Source: an uncultured Planctomycetaceae bacterium (lineage in GTDB: Bacteria; Planctomycetota; PLA2). Taken from it: a DNA stretch of 64,000 nucleotides. Location: positions 74-64,073 of the forward strand of contig CAZMXP010000028.1 in NCBI GenBank assembly GCA_964570285.1. The letters are read 5' to 3'. The notes beneath the pieces were generated by a model. The model did no database searches, was not told where the DNA came from, and worked only from the letters and a program-made list of their open reading frames with translations. The first letter of the stretch is position 1, and each line of letters begins with the position of its first letter. Made by a program: the position numbers and the translations under genes. Shown piece by piece: positions 29,741-39,519 of this stretch.

Positions 29741-30526
29741 ATGCTGCTGCCGCTCCTCGGCGGCCAGCAGGAGTTCTGGGAGAGGCTCCCGCCGCCCAAG
29801 CAGGGCGAGTGGCTCGATCTCTTCCCGGAAAGGGGCGAGACCTTCGAGGAGTACCGGGCCGCGGGCCCGACGCGCCCCACGCCGGCGCGCCGGACCCTCT
29901 ATCTTCTCCCCGCCCTGACCCGCCCTCCCGCCGACCGCGAGATCCTCGCGGCGGTGGCGCGCCAGATGTCGGCCCACTTCGGCCGGGAGACGCGCCTGCT
30001 GCCCCCGAGCCCCCTTCCCGTCGCCGCCTATGACCGCGAGGCGCGCCAGTACTCGGTGCCGCTTCTCGTCCCCGCACTGCTGAAACTCCTTCCCGACGAC
30101 GGCCTCTTCCTGCTCGCCCTCACCGACCGGGACCTCAAGCTGCCGAAGATGACGCATGTCTTCGGGTGGGGCTCCTTCCGGCTGCGGGTGGGGGTGATGA
30201 GCCTCGCCCGCATCCCCGACGACGCGGCGCGGCACCGGCGTCGCGTGCTCGGCCTCGCAACCCACGAGGCGGGCCACCTGCTCTCGATGGCGCACTGCAC
30301 GGCCTACCGCTGCCTGATGAACGGCGCCCGGACGGTCGAGGAGGGGGACCGCCGGCCGATGCTGCTCTGCCCGGTCTGCTCGGAAAAGCTCTGCTGGAAC
30401 CTCGGGTGGGAGGCCAAGGCCCACTATCGCTCGGTGGCGGGCTCGTTCGAGGAGGTGGGGCTCGGGGAGGAGGGGGAGCTTGCTCGTCGTGCTTGCGACA
30501 TAACCGCAAGCAGCACAACAGGTTAA
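29741..30526 (+). CDS. Archaemetzincin-like zinc metallopeptidase (peptidase M54). Start uncertain (TTG at 29711 or ATG at 29741).
   Basis: HEAGHLLSMAHCTAYRCLMNG ... CPVCSEKLC matches the HExxHxxGx3Cx4C...CxxC archaemetzincin signature. Confidence 0.7.
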   Translation: MLLPLLGGQQEFWERLPPPKQGEWLDLFPERGETFEEYRAAGPTRPTPARRTLYLLPALTRPPADREILAAVARQMSAHFGRETRLLPPSPLPVAAYDREARQYSVPLLVPALLKLLPDDGLFLLALTDRDLKLPKMTHVFGWGSFRLRVGVMSLARIPDDAARHRRRVLGLATHEAGHLLSMAHCTAYRCLMNGARTVEEGDRRPMLLCPVCSEKLCWNLGWEAKAHYRSVAGSFEEVGLGEEGELARRACDITASSTTG

Positions 30527-30532
30527 GTGCGT

Positions 30533-30561
30533 TTGATTCGAGCGCCCGGTTTTGCTAGAAT
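30533..30561 (+). promoter_or_regulatory. Near-consensus sigma70-type promoter (TTGATT - 17 nt - TAGAAT)
   Basis: -35 TTGATT at 30533..30538, a 17-nt spacer, -10 TAGAAT at 30556..30561; a GGAGG RBS and an ATG at 30579 follow. Confidence 0.55.
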
Positions 30562-30578
30562 CAGGGGCTCGGAGGCTG

Positions 30579-30827
30579 ATGGACGAGCTCAACTACCGCC
30601 GCATCCTGAACTGTCCCAAGCGCCGCTGCGAGGCGTGCGGGGCGACGACCTACCTCGATCCCGGCGAGGTCTATCGCTGCGTGGTCTGCGACCACGACCG
30701 GTTCGAGACCTGCCTCGACTGCGGCCACCTCGTGGGCTGGTGCGAGTGCGAGCCGGTCGCCATCGTCCCCACGCCCCGGACGCGGGCCAAGCGCGGCCGG
30801 CCCAGCGTCGCGAAGTCCAAGAGCTAG
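30579..30827 (+). CDS. Small Cys-rich zinc-ribbon protein (82 aa)
   Basis: CPKRRCEACG...CVVCDHDRFETCLDCGHLVGWCEC, ten Cys in 82 aa. Good promoter and RBS. Confidence 0.6.
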   Translation: MDELNYRRILNCPKRRCEACGATTYLDPGEVYRCVVCDHDRFETCLDCGHLVGWCECEPVAIVPTPRTRAKRGRPSVAKSKS

Positions 30828-33800
30828 CCTCCTCCGAAGAGTCGCCCGAAGGCGGGGTCGGCCCTCAGCGGCGCCAGATCCCCGTCGTGGGTGCGGGCGT
30901 GGGCCAGGTGGTCGACGGCGTCCCTCCGCATCGCCTCGAGCTCGAGCCGGCGCTCGGCGGGCGGGTCCGCCGCCAGGTCCCGCTCCACCTGCTCCAGCAG
31001 GGCTCGCCGGATGCGGGTGTCTTCCTCCAGCCATGCGAGCGCCTGCACCCTCAGGCGGCCGGCCTCTTCCCCCGTCGCCGCCGCGGAGGCCAGCGACGCG
31101 GCGCAGGCGGCGTTGTAGCGGTGGCCGCGATCGAGGTCGCCGCCGATCGCCTCGTCCTTGAGCGCCTCCGCGTAGTGGCGCGCCGCGAGGACGTACGCGC
31201 CGTGCTCCTGGTGCCAGAGCGCAAGATCGAGGTGGTCGCGGGAGGTCTCGGGAGGGGCGGTCCCCGCGAGGGCGGCAGAGCGCCGCGCGCGCCGCGCGTA
31301 CAGCTCCACCTGCCGGCTCAGGCCGGGCCCGAGCCCCTCCGCGACCGAGCGGGCCTGCTGCCAGTGGAGGACCGCCTCCCCGTGGCGCCCGCTCTCCGCG
31401 AGCGCCATCGCGAGGCGATCGCGGACCACACAGAGTCCGCGCCTCCACGCTGGGTGCTGCGGCTGCTGGGCCAGCGCCCGCTCGATCGCCGCGAGCGCCT
31501 GGGTCGAGTCGTCGACGGCTCCCTCGACGTCCCCCGCGGCCCTCTTCACGCCAGCCATCGCGTGCAACGTCGTGGAGAGGCAGTCCCACCAGAAGCCGCT
31601 CCGCGGCTGCTCGCGCAGCACCGCTTCCTCGATCTCCCGGCAACGGCCGTAGCTCGCCAGCGCCTTCGCCGGCGCGCCTTCGCGCTCGAACTGCACGCCG
31701 AGCCTCTCGTGGGCCACCATCAACAGGTGCTGCCAGTCGAGGTCCTTCGGATCCTTCGCGACGAGGTCCTCGCAGAGGGACCGGCAGCGCTCGAACGCGG
31801 CCCGGCTCTCGTCGAGGAGCCCCGAGCGGAGGCAGGCGAGGCCGAGCCGGTCGCCCGAGACGACGAGGTCGCGCAGCCAGCGGTGGTTGCCGGTGTCCTG
31901 CGCGACCAGCGCCTCCATGATGCGGTGCGACTCCCGCTGCATCTCGATCGCCTCCGTGGGGCGCCCCGCATCCTCGAGCGCGATCCCCAGGTTCCCGCGC
32001 GTCGCGGCGAGGGTGTGGCGTGCGGTGGCATTGCGCGGATCCTCGCCGTAGAGCTCCTCCCGGATCGAGAGCGCCTCGCGGTAGAAGGCGATCGCCTGCT
32101 CGTGGCGGGAGCCGCTGTTCGCGAGGATCCCGAGATCCTCCAGCGTGTCGGCAAGATCGGAACGGGAGCGCCGGTCCTTCGCCACGAGGCGCCGGCGCAG
32201 TTCGAGCGCCCGGCGATGGTTCGCCTCCGCCCCGTCGAGGTCGTCCGCGCTGCGCAGCGCCGTGCCGAGCTTCGAGTGCCCCGCCGCGAGGTCCTGCTGT
32301 GCCGTCCGGGAGGTCGGATCCCTCGCCGCGAGCGACTGGCGGATCTCGAGGGAGCGTCGCACCATCGCCTCGGCCTCGTCCTTCTCTCCCCGGAGGCGCA
32401 GCAGGTCGGCGATGCGGGCGAGTTGGATCGCCGTGTGCCGCTGGTGCGTCGGCACCTCCGGCTCCAGCCAGACGAGATCCTCGAAGATCGCGAGCGCCTC
32501 GCGGTGAAGCCGCAGCGCCTCCTCGCGGTCGCCGCGGTCGCGCCTGACGTCGCCCAGGATCTCCAGCGCCGAACCGAGGCGGTTGCGGCGCGCAGGCGTC
32601 AGGTCTCTTGCAGGCAGCCCGCGGTAGAAGTCGCGCACGCGCTCGGCGGCGGCACCGATCGCGTCGAGCTGGCCCATCGACTTGAAACGGTCGTAGGACT
32701 CCCCGAGGACAAAGCCGGTCAGCTCCTCCGCGCGGATCAGGTGGCCCTCCGCCTCGTCACGGGCGGAGCGCAGGCCGACCACGTAGTAGACCGTGAGACC
32801 GAGCAGCAGCAGGAGCCCGCCCAGCGCCGCGATGCTCTCCGCGCGGTGGCGGCGCACCCAGAGGCGCGTCACGTCGAGAAGCGTCGGGGGGCGCGCCGTG
32901 ACCGGCTCGCCGCGCACGAAGCGGCCGAGATCCTCGCCGAAGGCCGCCGCGCTCGGATACCGCCCGACCGGAGCGACCGACATCGCCTTCGCGAGCACGG
33001 CATCAAGCTGCCTCGGAACCGACGGGTCGCACTCCCGCGCGGGGCGCGGCTCGTCGAGGATCTCCGACGCGGTCTCGCGCGGCGGGCGGCCCGTCGCGAG
33101 ATGGAAGAGAGTCGCCGCGAGCGCGAAGGTGTCGGCGCTCGGCGCGACATGCGCCTCCGTAAGCTGCTCCGGCGCCATGTAGAGCATCGTGCCGACGGTC
33201 TCGCCTCCCGGCGTCAGCGAGGTCTCCCCTTCGAGGCGCGCGAGACCGAGGTCCATCACGACGGCGCGCCCGTCGATGCTCGTGACCATGATGTTCGCGG
33301 GCTTGACGTCGCGATGGACGGCGCCGCGCTCGTGCAGGTGATGCAGCCCCTGCGCGGCGTCGCGGCCGATCTCGGCGACGCGCGCGAAATAGCTCTTGCG
33401 CTCCGCCGCGACCGGCGCCGCCGCGCGCGGAAGCGCCTCGACCTCGGGGAACGCCTCGGGGTGCTGCTGCCGCCGCTTCGACGAGGCCGACGAGACCGCG
33501 GCCTGCAAGTCCTGCCCCGAGAGCGCGCCGCGGCTCGACGCCGCGGGCAGCAGGTTGCCGAGTTCTTTCAGGTCGCTTCCGTCCACGTACTCCATCGCGT
33601 ACCAGGACTTCCCCGCCGTGTGGCCCGACTGGAGGATCCGGACCACGTTAGGGTGGTCGGCGCGCGCCAGCACGCGCACCTCGCGCTGGAATCGCGCGTG
33701 CATCACGTCGTCGCCGGGCGCCATCATCTTCAGCGCGACGAGCCTGTGCAGGCTGCGCTGCCGCGCGAGGTAGACCGTCCCCATCGCGCCGACGCCGAGT

Positions 33801-34795
33801 TGGGCGAGCAGGTCGAAATCCCCGAATCGCGGCGCGCCGTCGGGGGCGGGAGGGTGGGGGCGATCGGGGACCCCCTCCCCGCGCCCCTCCCCGATCCGCC
33901 GGCGCAGTTCCGGCCAGCGCGCGGCGACCAGCGACGTCGCCCCGGTCACGTAGTCGAGGTACTCGGCGGTGTCGCCCTCGCGGGAGCGGTTCAGGAAGAG
34001 AAGGCCCGCCTCGGGCGGCGGCGGTTCGCAGACGACGAGCGGATGCAGATCGAGGAAGCGCGTGCGATCGGTCACGTAGATGCGGCCGGCGCGAAGCTCG
34101 CCCGGCCAGCCCTCCTCGCTCGCGAGCAGCGCCTCGGGGCCGGTCAGGTCCCACGCCTCGACCGAGCGGCGACCGCCGGGCGCCTCGCGCACCTCGGCGA
34201 CGTAGATCAGCGTGGCCCCCCCGAGCGGGTCGAAGCGAAGGAGCAGCTCGACGGCCGCCGCCAGCAGTCGCGCCCCCATCTCGCGGTAGAACGCCTCGTC
34301 GCGCAGCGATGCGTGGTCGAGCACGAGATCGCGGTAGCGGGGAAGACTCTCGAACAGGTCGGCGGGGGCGACCGCGCCCCGGCGCGGGTCAGGCAGGCCC
34401 GGAACGCGCGCGTGCATCTCGGCGAGGGCGTCGGCAATCGCCGGCAGATCCCCGGACCCCTGCTCCAGCGCGGCGCCCACCCTCCCGAGGGCGGGCAGCG
34501 GAAGCGGCGACTCCCCCGCCGGACGCCGGGCGAGGTCGCGCAGCAGCCCGGTCCAGTCCCCGAGGGCGGGGAGCGCGAGCGCGGCGAGGCGATCGTCGAG
34601 CCCGGGCTCGCGGTCGGCGCGCTCGAGGTAGGCGGCGATCTGGGCGGAACAGGCGAGCTTGACCGCCGCCTCGAGCAGGTAGAACGCGCCGTGGTGGCGC
34701 TCGAGGTGGGACTTCGCGTTGTGCGCCCGGCGGTAGAGCCGCGCCAGCGGGAGCGGGAGGCGATCCCTCAGGTCAGTCCGGAACGGCGCGGACAT
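30824..34795 (-). CDS. Ser/Thr protein kinase with an unknown N-terminal domain, one TM helix and a long C-terminal TPR-repeat region (1323 aa)
   Basis: Hanks kinase motifs (GVGAMGTVYLA, VALK, HRDVKPANIM, DLGLA, MAPEQ), then LLLLLGLTVYYVVGL, then about 700 aa of TPR-like repeats. Confidence 0.85.
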   Translation of the reverse strand: MSAPFRTDLRDRLPLPLARLYRRAHNAKSHLERHHGAFYLLEAAVKLACSAQIAAYLERADREPGLDDRLAALALPALGDWTGLLRDLARRPAGESPLPLPALGRVGAALEQGSGDLPAIADALAEMHARVPGLPDPRRGAVAPADLFESLPRYRDLVLDHASLRDEAFYREMGARLLAAAVELLLRFDPLGGATLIYVAEVREAPGGRRSVEAWDLTGPEALLASEEGWPGELRAGRIYVTDRTRFLDLHPLVVCEPPPPEAGLLFLNRSREGDTAEYLDYVTGATSLVAARWPELRRRIGEGRGEGVPDRPHPPAPDGAPRFGDFDLLAQLGVGAMGTVYLARQRSLHRLVALKMMAPGDDVMHARFQREVRVLARADHPNVVRILQSGHTAGKSWYAMEYVDGSDLKELGNLLPAASSRGALSGQDLQAAVSSASSKRRQQHPEAFPEVEALPRAAAPVAAERKSYFARVAEIGRDAAQGLHHLHERGAVHRDVKPANIMVTSIDGRAVVMDLGLARLEGETSLTPGGETVGTMLYMAPEQLTEAHVAPSADTFALAATLFHLATGRPPRETASEILDEPRPARECDPSVPRQLDAVLAKAMSVAPVGRYPSAAAFGEDLGRFVRGEPVTARPPTLLDVTRLWVRRHRAESIAALGGLLLLLGLTVYYVVGLRSARDEAEGHLIRAEELTGFVLGESYDRFKSMGQLDAIGAAAERVRDFYRGLPARDLTPARRNRLGSALEILGDVRRDRGDREEALRLHREALAIFEDLVWLEPEVPTHQRHTAIQLARIADLLRLRGEKDEAEAMVRRSLEIRQSLAARDPTSRTAQQDLAAGHSKLGTALRSADDLDGAEANHRRALELRRRLVAKDRRSRSDLADTLEDLGILANSGSRHEQAIAFYREALSIREELYGEDPRNATARHTLAATRGNLGIALEDAGRPTEAIEMQRESHRIMEALVAQDTGNHRWLRDLVVSGDRLGLACLRSGLLDESRAAFERCRSLCEDLVAKDPKDLDWQHLLMVAHERLGVQFEREGAPAKALASYGRCREIEEAVLREQPRSGFWWDCLSTTLHAMAGVKRAAGDVEGAVDDSTQALAAIERALAQQPQHPAWRRGLCVVRDRLAMALAESGRHGEAVLHWQQARSVAEGLGPGLSRQVELYARRARRSAALAGTAPPETSRDHLDLALWHQEHGAYVLAARHYAEALKDEAIGGDLDRGHRYNAACAASLASAAATGEEAGRLRVQALAWLEEDTRIRRALLEQVERDLAADPPAERRLELEAMRRDAVDHLAHARTHDGDLAPLRADPAFGRLFGGG

Positions 34796-34901
34796 GCGCC
34801 GGGGAAGGTATCAGAATCGGTACCGGGGGCGCACCGCCCCGGGCGACCTGCCCTAGGCAACTGCCCGCCCAAGACCCGGGACGCTTCCCGGCGTCGGGCC
34901 C

Positions 34902-36986
34902 CTACCAGCGTGCGGTGGCGCGCAGGGCATCGAGGACCTTCTCGGGGGTGAGCTGCATCGCGGCCTCGAGGGCGCGGTTGAAGGGCGTCGGCAGGTAGCT
35001 CTGGCCGACGCGGGCGACGGGCGCGTCGAGGTCGGCGAAGCAATGCTGCGCGATCTGCGCCGCGATCTCGCCGCCGAGGCCGCCGAAGAGTTTGTCCTCG
35101 TGGGCGACGAGGACGCGATGCGTCTTGCGCACGGTCGCCCCGATCGCGTCGAAGTCGAGGGGGTTCAGCGACCGCAGGTCGAGCACCTCGACGGAGACCC
35201 CCTCGGCCTCGAGGACCTCGGCCGCCTTCAGCGCGTGGTGCACGGCGGTGCCGTAGCAGACCACCGAGACGTGCGTGCCCTCGCGGCGCACGCGCGCCTT
35301 CCCGAAGGGCACGACGAAGTCCTCGGGCACCGGGCAGCGGGTCGCGGGCAGGTTGTAGAGGTACTTCGGCTCGAGGTAGAGCGTCACGCCCTGGCTGCGC
35401 ATCGCCGTGCGCATCAGTCCCGCGGCGTCGTCGGCGAAGGCCGGCTGCACGATGCGCAGCCCGGGCAGGTTCGCGAGGATGCCCTCGATGTTCTGGCTGT
35501 GGTAGAGGCCGCCGCCGATGTTGCCGCCGCTCGCGAGGCGGATCACGACATTCGGCGAGAACTGCCCGTTCGTGCGCCAGTACTCGTGGCTCAGCTCGAC
35601 GATCTGGTCGAAGGCGGGCCAGATGTAGTCGGCGAACTCCGCCCCCTCGATGACAACGCGGATCTTCGGATCGAAGCGCGAGAAGCCGTTCGCCGTCCCG
35701 ACGATGTAGTTCTCGGCGATCGGCGCGTTGAACACCCGCGCGGGCCCGAACTCCTTCTGCATGCCGTCGCTGACCTTGAAGATCCCCTCCTTCTCCCCGT
35801 TGGCCATGTCCTGCCCCCAGAGATAGGTGTCGGGATTGCGCCGGAACTCCGTCTTGAGCGCCTGGTTGATGCCCTGCCGCAGCGTGCAGACGGGCCCCTC
35901 CCCCGGCGCCCCCTCCAGAGCCTCGAAGGCCGGCGGCACGAGGAACTCCTCGATCTTCAGGGGGTCCGGGGGCGGCGCCGCGATCGCCTCCTTCATCGCG
36001 GCGTCGAACTGCGCCCGCGCCTTCGCCTCGACCTGCTCGAGCGCCGCCGCGGAGAGGTGGCCCTCCTCCTGCAGGGTGCGCCGGAAGATCGGCAGCGGGT
36101 CGCGCGCGCGGGCGGCGGCGAGTTCCTCGGGGCTGCGGTAGAGCTCGTGGTTGTCGCTGTTGCTGTGCGAGCCGATGCGCACGCAATCGGCGTAGACGAT
36201 CGCGCAGCCCTTCCCGCTCTCCGCGAACGCGACCGCCTCCGCCATCGCCCGGAAGCAGTCCGCGACATCGGTGCCGTCCGCGTAGGCGATGTGCACGTTC
36301 GCGATGCCGCGGTAGTTCTCCGCGATGCGCGCGTTGGCGCTCTGCTCGCGCTTGGGCACGCCGATCCCGTAGCCGTTGTCCTGCACGACGAAGACGACCG
36401 GGAGCCTCTCGCGCGACGCGCCGTTGATCGCCTCGAAGACATACCCCTCGGAGCAGGAGGACTCCCCGAAGCTCGCGAAGACGACCGCCTTCGAGTCGTA
36501 CGTCCGGACGGCGCGGCCGAGGCCCGCCGCGTGCTGCGCGTGGTTCGAGACGCAGCTGCTCACGTTCTGCACGTGGATCGCGGGCTTCGCGAAGTGGTTG
36601 GACATGTGCCGGCCGCCGCCGGCCACGTCGTCGCGGCGCGAGAGCCCGTTGAGGATGAGTTCCGTCGCCGTGATCCCCGCGGCGAGGCAGGTCGCGAGGT
36701 CGCGGTAGTAGGGGAAGAGGTAGTCGAAGGAGGGGCGGAAGGTGCAGCCGAGCGCGATCTGGATCGCCTCGTGGCCGGCACAGGGGGCGTGGTAGGACCA
36801 GCCGAGGTTCTTGCGCAGGAAGTTGGGCGCCTCGTCGTCGATCAGACGGGCAAGGAAGAGAAGCCGGTAGGCCTCCGCGTGGCCGGGGTAGCGCGTCACG
36901 GCGACCCTCGACTCCTCATCCGGGGTCTGCCGCGAGGCGGCGCGGGGGGGGGCGGTCCGGGCGCCGGATCCCTTGTCCTGGGGCAT
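34902..36986 (-). CDS. TPP-dependent 2-oxoacid dehydrogenase E1 component, fused alpha and beta subunits
   Basis: N-terminal E1-alpha (TPP-binding GDG...N region) and C-terminal E1-beta/transketolase-like halves in a single 694-aa ORF. No E2/E3 genes nearby. Confidence 0.8.
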   Translation of the reverse strand: MPQDKGSGARTAPPRAASRQTPDEESRVAVTRYPGHAEAYRLLFLARLIDDEAPNFLRKNLGWSYHAPCAGHEAIQIALGCTFRPSFDYLFPYYRDLATCLAAGITATELILNGLSRRDDVAGGGRHMSNHFAKPAIHVQNVSSCVSNHAQHAAGLGRAVRTYDSKAVVFASFGESSCSEGYVFEAINGASRERLPVVFVVQDNGYGIGVPKREQSANARIAENYRGIANVHIAYADGTDVADCFRAMAEAVAFAESGKGCAIVYADCVRIGSHSNSDNHELYRSPEELAAARARDPLPIFRRTLQEEGHLSAAALEQVEAKARAQFDAAMKEAIAAPPPDPLKIEEFLVPPAFEALEGAPGEGPVCTLRQGINQALKTEFRRNPDTYLWGQDMANGEKEGIFKVSDGMQKEFGPARVFNAPIAENYIVGTANGFSRFDPKIRVVIEGAEFADYIWPAFDQIVELSHEYWRTNGQFSPNVVIRLASGGNIGGGLYHSQNIEGILANLPGLRIVQPAFADDAAGLMRTAMRSQGVTLYLEPKYLYNLPATRCPVPEDFVVPFGKARVRREGTHVSVVCYGTAVHHALKAAEVLEAEGVSVEVLDLRSLNPLDFDAIGATVRKTHRVLVAHEDKLFGGLGGEIAAQIAQHCFADLDAPVARVGQSYLPTPFNRALEAAMQLTPEKVLDALRATARW

Positions 36987-37092
36987 TCGTGGAAACCTCT
37001 CGATTGCAGGTACAGCCCAGCATTGTAGCCGCTGGACGGGGCGCGGCCTAACCCGGGCGCCCCGTCGGCGCCGGCCGAGGGCCGCACCGCGC

Positions 37093-38745
37093 CTAGAGGA
37101 TTTTCACGGCCACGAGGGTGGCGTCGTCGGGCAGGGCCTCGTGCTTCACATGCGCGTCGGCCGCGGCGCAGACGGCCTCGACGATGGCCTTCGCGCTCCC
37201 CCCGACATGCTCCGAGAGCACGGAGCGCAGCCGCCCGTAGCCGAAGGGGTCGCCGGTTTCGACGCCCGCCTCGAGGATGCCGTCGGTGCTGAAGAGCAGG
37301 ACATCGCCCCGCGCGATCGGCAGCGTCGTGCCCGCGCGGAACTGGAGCCCCGGCAGGATGCCGAGCGGCGGCCCGGCGCTGGAGATCAGGTGGGTCGTCT
37401 TGTCCCTCGCGCGGTACCAGACCGGCGGCGTGTGGCCCGCGCCGACGTGGGCGAAGGAGCCTCCCTTCGGATCGAGCATCGCCATGAAGAGCGTGATGAA
37501 TCGACCGTCCCGCACGTCCTCCCGGACGAGGTTGTTGAGGCGGTAGACGAGGCGCTCCAGCGACGGCTCGGCGGGCACGAGCACCCGCAGCGCCGCGCGC
37601 GCGGTGGCCATCAGCAGCGCCGGGCCGATGCCGTGGCCGGTGACGTCGGCGATCGTGACGGCCAGCTTGCCGCCGTCGAGGGGGAAGTAGTCGAAGTAGT
37701 CGCCGCCGGTCTCGTCGCACGAGTCCGACCGCCCCCAGACCTCGAGGCCGGGCACCTCCGGCGGCGTCAGCGGCAGGAAGTGGCGCTGGATCGACCGGGC
37801 GATCGCGAGCGCCTGCTCGATCTTCCGCTTCGCCTCCGCCTCCCGCAGCAGCCGGATCTTCTCGACCGCGACGGCGGCGACGCTCGCGAGCGCGTTCAGG
37901 ATCGCGAGGTGGTCCTTGACGAGGCTGCCGGGGCGCTCGCGGTTGTCGCCGTAGAGCACGCCGAGGACCCTCTCCTCCGCGACGAGCGGCACGCAGATGG
38001 CCGCCTTGATGCGCAGCCGGTGGATCGACCGGGCGGCGGAGAAGTCCGCATCCGCCTCCGCGTCCGACGTGAGCACCGCCTTGCCCGTCGAGAGCACCTT
38101 TCCGACGAGCGTCCGGCTCACCTCGATCTTCTCGTTCGCGGCGGCACCCGCCTCCCGGCTGCGGAAGGCCCGGACCGCCAACTCCCCCTGGCCGTCGATG
38201 ATGCCGATGAAGCCGCGACGCACCGGCACCGACGCGAAGAGCGTATCGAGCACCGATTCGAAGATGTTCTCGCCGCTCCCGATCGAGTTGATCAGCCGGC
38301 GCACCTGGTTCAGCAGCGCGAAGCGCTGATCCTCGGCGGGCGGCTTCACCCCCGGCAGCGGCACCACGACCGGCGCCGGCGCGGGCGCGGGCGCCGCCAC
38401 CGGCAACTCCTCGCGCACCGTCGAGACCCGCTCGGTGAAGGCCACGCCCGCCGCCGCCTCCGCCGCGAGCCGGAGCACGGTGCCGCCGATCCAGATCTCG
38501 TCCCCGCTCTTCAGGGCCGCATGCCCGGCGGGCCGCCCGTTGACGAGCACGCCGCCGCTCTCGCCGATGTCGAAGAGTTCGACGACCCCCTGCCGCTCGA
38601 CGAGGATGGCCTGCTCCCGGTCCACGCCCGGGTCGGCTACAGTGATGTCGCAGAGCGCGTCGGCCCCGATCGTGACCTTCGAGCGGTCGAAGTCGAGGCG
38701 CTTCTCGTCGCCCCCGGGCCCCCTGACAATGAGCGAAATCGGCAC
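37093..38745 (-). CDS. FHA-GAF-PP2C protein phosphatase (SpoIIE/PPM family)
   Basis: N-terminal FHA (GR...S.NG...I), a central GAF domain, and a C-terminal PPM domain with GDYFDY...DVTGHG and STDGILE motifs. Confidence 0.8.
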   Translation of the reverse strand: MPISLIVRGPGGDEKRLDFDRSKVTIGADALCDITVADPGVDREQAILVERQGVVELFDIGESGGVLVNGRPAGHAALKSGDEIWIGGTVLRLAAEAAAGVAFTERVSTVREELPVAAPAPAPAPVVVPLPGVKPPAEDQRFALLNQVRRLINSIGSGENIFESVLDTLFASVPVRRGFIGIIDGQGELAVRAFRSREAGAAANEKIEVSRTLVGKVLSTGKAVLTSDAEADADFSAARSIHRLRIKAAICVPLVAEERVLGVLYGDNRERPGSLVKDHLAILNALASVAAVAVEKIRLLREAEAKRKIEQALAIARSIQRHFLPLTPPEVPGLEVWGRSDSCDETGGDYFDYFPLDGGKLAVTIADVTGHGIGPALLMATARAALRVLVPAEPSLERLVYRLNNLVREDVRDGRFITLFMAMLDPKGGSFAHVGAGHTPPVWYRARDKTTHLISSAGPPLGILPGLQFRAGTTLPIARGDVLLFSTDGILEAGVETGDPFGYGRLRSVLSEHVGGSAKAIVEAVCAAADAHVKHEALPDDATLVAVKIL

Positions 38746-38802
38746 CCGCGGAGTCTAACAACCCGCGCCACCCCCTTCATCGTAGAAAGGGAGGAGGAAC
38801 CC

Positions 38803-39510
38803 ATGCGCACGACGATTCCCCTGCTTCTGTTGGCCTTTGTCGGCGCCGCTCGCGCCGAGGAGCGTCCCTTCCTCGGCGTCAGCCTCGCGCCGATCGACGC
38901 CGAGACCCGCGAGGCGTTCGAGATCTCGGCCGACGTCACGGCCGGCGTGCTCCTCACCGAGATCACCGAGGGGAGCGCCGCCGCCGGCGCCGGCTTCCGC
39001 AAGGGGGACGTGCTGATCGCGTTCGACGGCAAGGAGATCGAGGGTCCCGACCATGTCGTCGAACTCGTGCGAGGCAAGAAGCCCGGCGACCGGGTCACCT
39101 ACGTGCTGCGCCGCGGCACAGGACGCATCGAGGGGACGCTCGTGCTGGGGCTCCGGCGGGAAGTCGAGGTCGAGGTCGCGGAGGAGCCGCCGGCGCACGC
39201 GGACGAACTCGAGGGCCGGATCGAGGCGGCGCGAAAGCGCGTGCAGGAGATGCGGCGCCGCCTCGACGCGCTCGCGAAGTCGAGGGCCAAGGCGAAGAGC
39301 GCCGCGGCACCGCGCGGGCTCCAGGGCTACCTCCACCGCGAGGAGCTCGCCCGGGAGAAGGCCGCCGCCGAGGGCAAGCCCGCGACGGTCGCCTACCACG
39401 AGGCGCGCATCGACCTTCTCCGGGAGCTGATCCGCGACCGGGGCGACAGCGCCCAGCTCGACCGGATCGAAGCGGGCATCCAGAAGCTGCTCGCCGCGCG
39501 GGAGAAGTAG
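38803..39510 (+). CDS. Secreted PDZ-domain protein with a coiled-coil C-terminus
   Basis: Signal peptide MRTTIPLLLLAFVGAARA and a PDZ motif (GAGFRKGDVLIAFDGKEI). Strong RBS GGGAGGAGG. Confidence 0.7.
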   Translation: MRTTIPLLLLAFVGAARAEERPFLGVSLAPIDAETREAFEISADVTAGVLLTEITEGSAAAGAGFRKGDVLIAFDGKEIEGPDHVVELVRGKKPGDRVTYVLRRGTGRIEGTLVLGLRREVEVEVAEEPPAHADELEGRIEAARKRVQEMRRRLDALAKSRAKAKSAAAPRGLQGYLHREELAREKAAAEGKPATVAYHEARIDLLRELIRDRGDSAQLDRIEAGIQKLLAAREK

Positions 39511-39519
39511 ACTCTAGGG

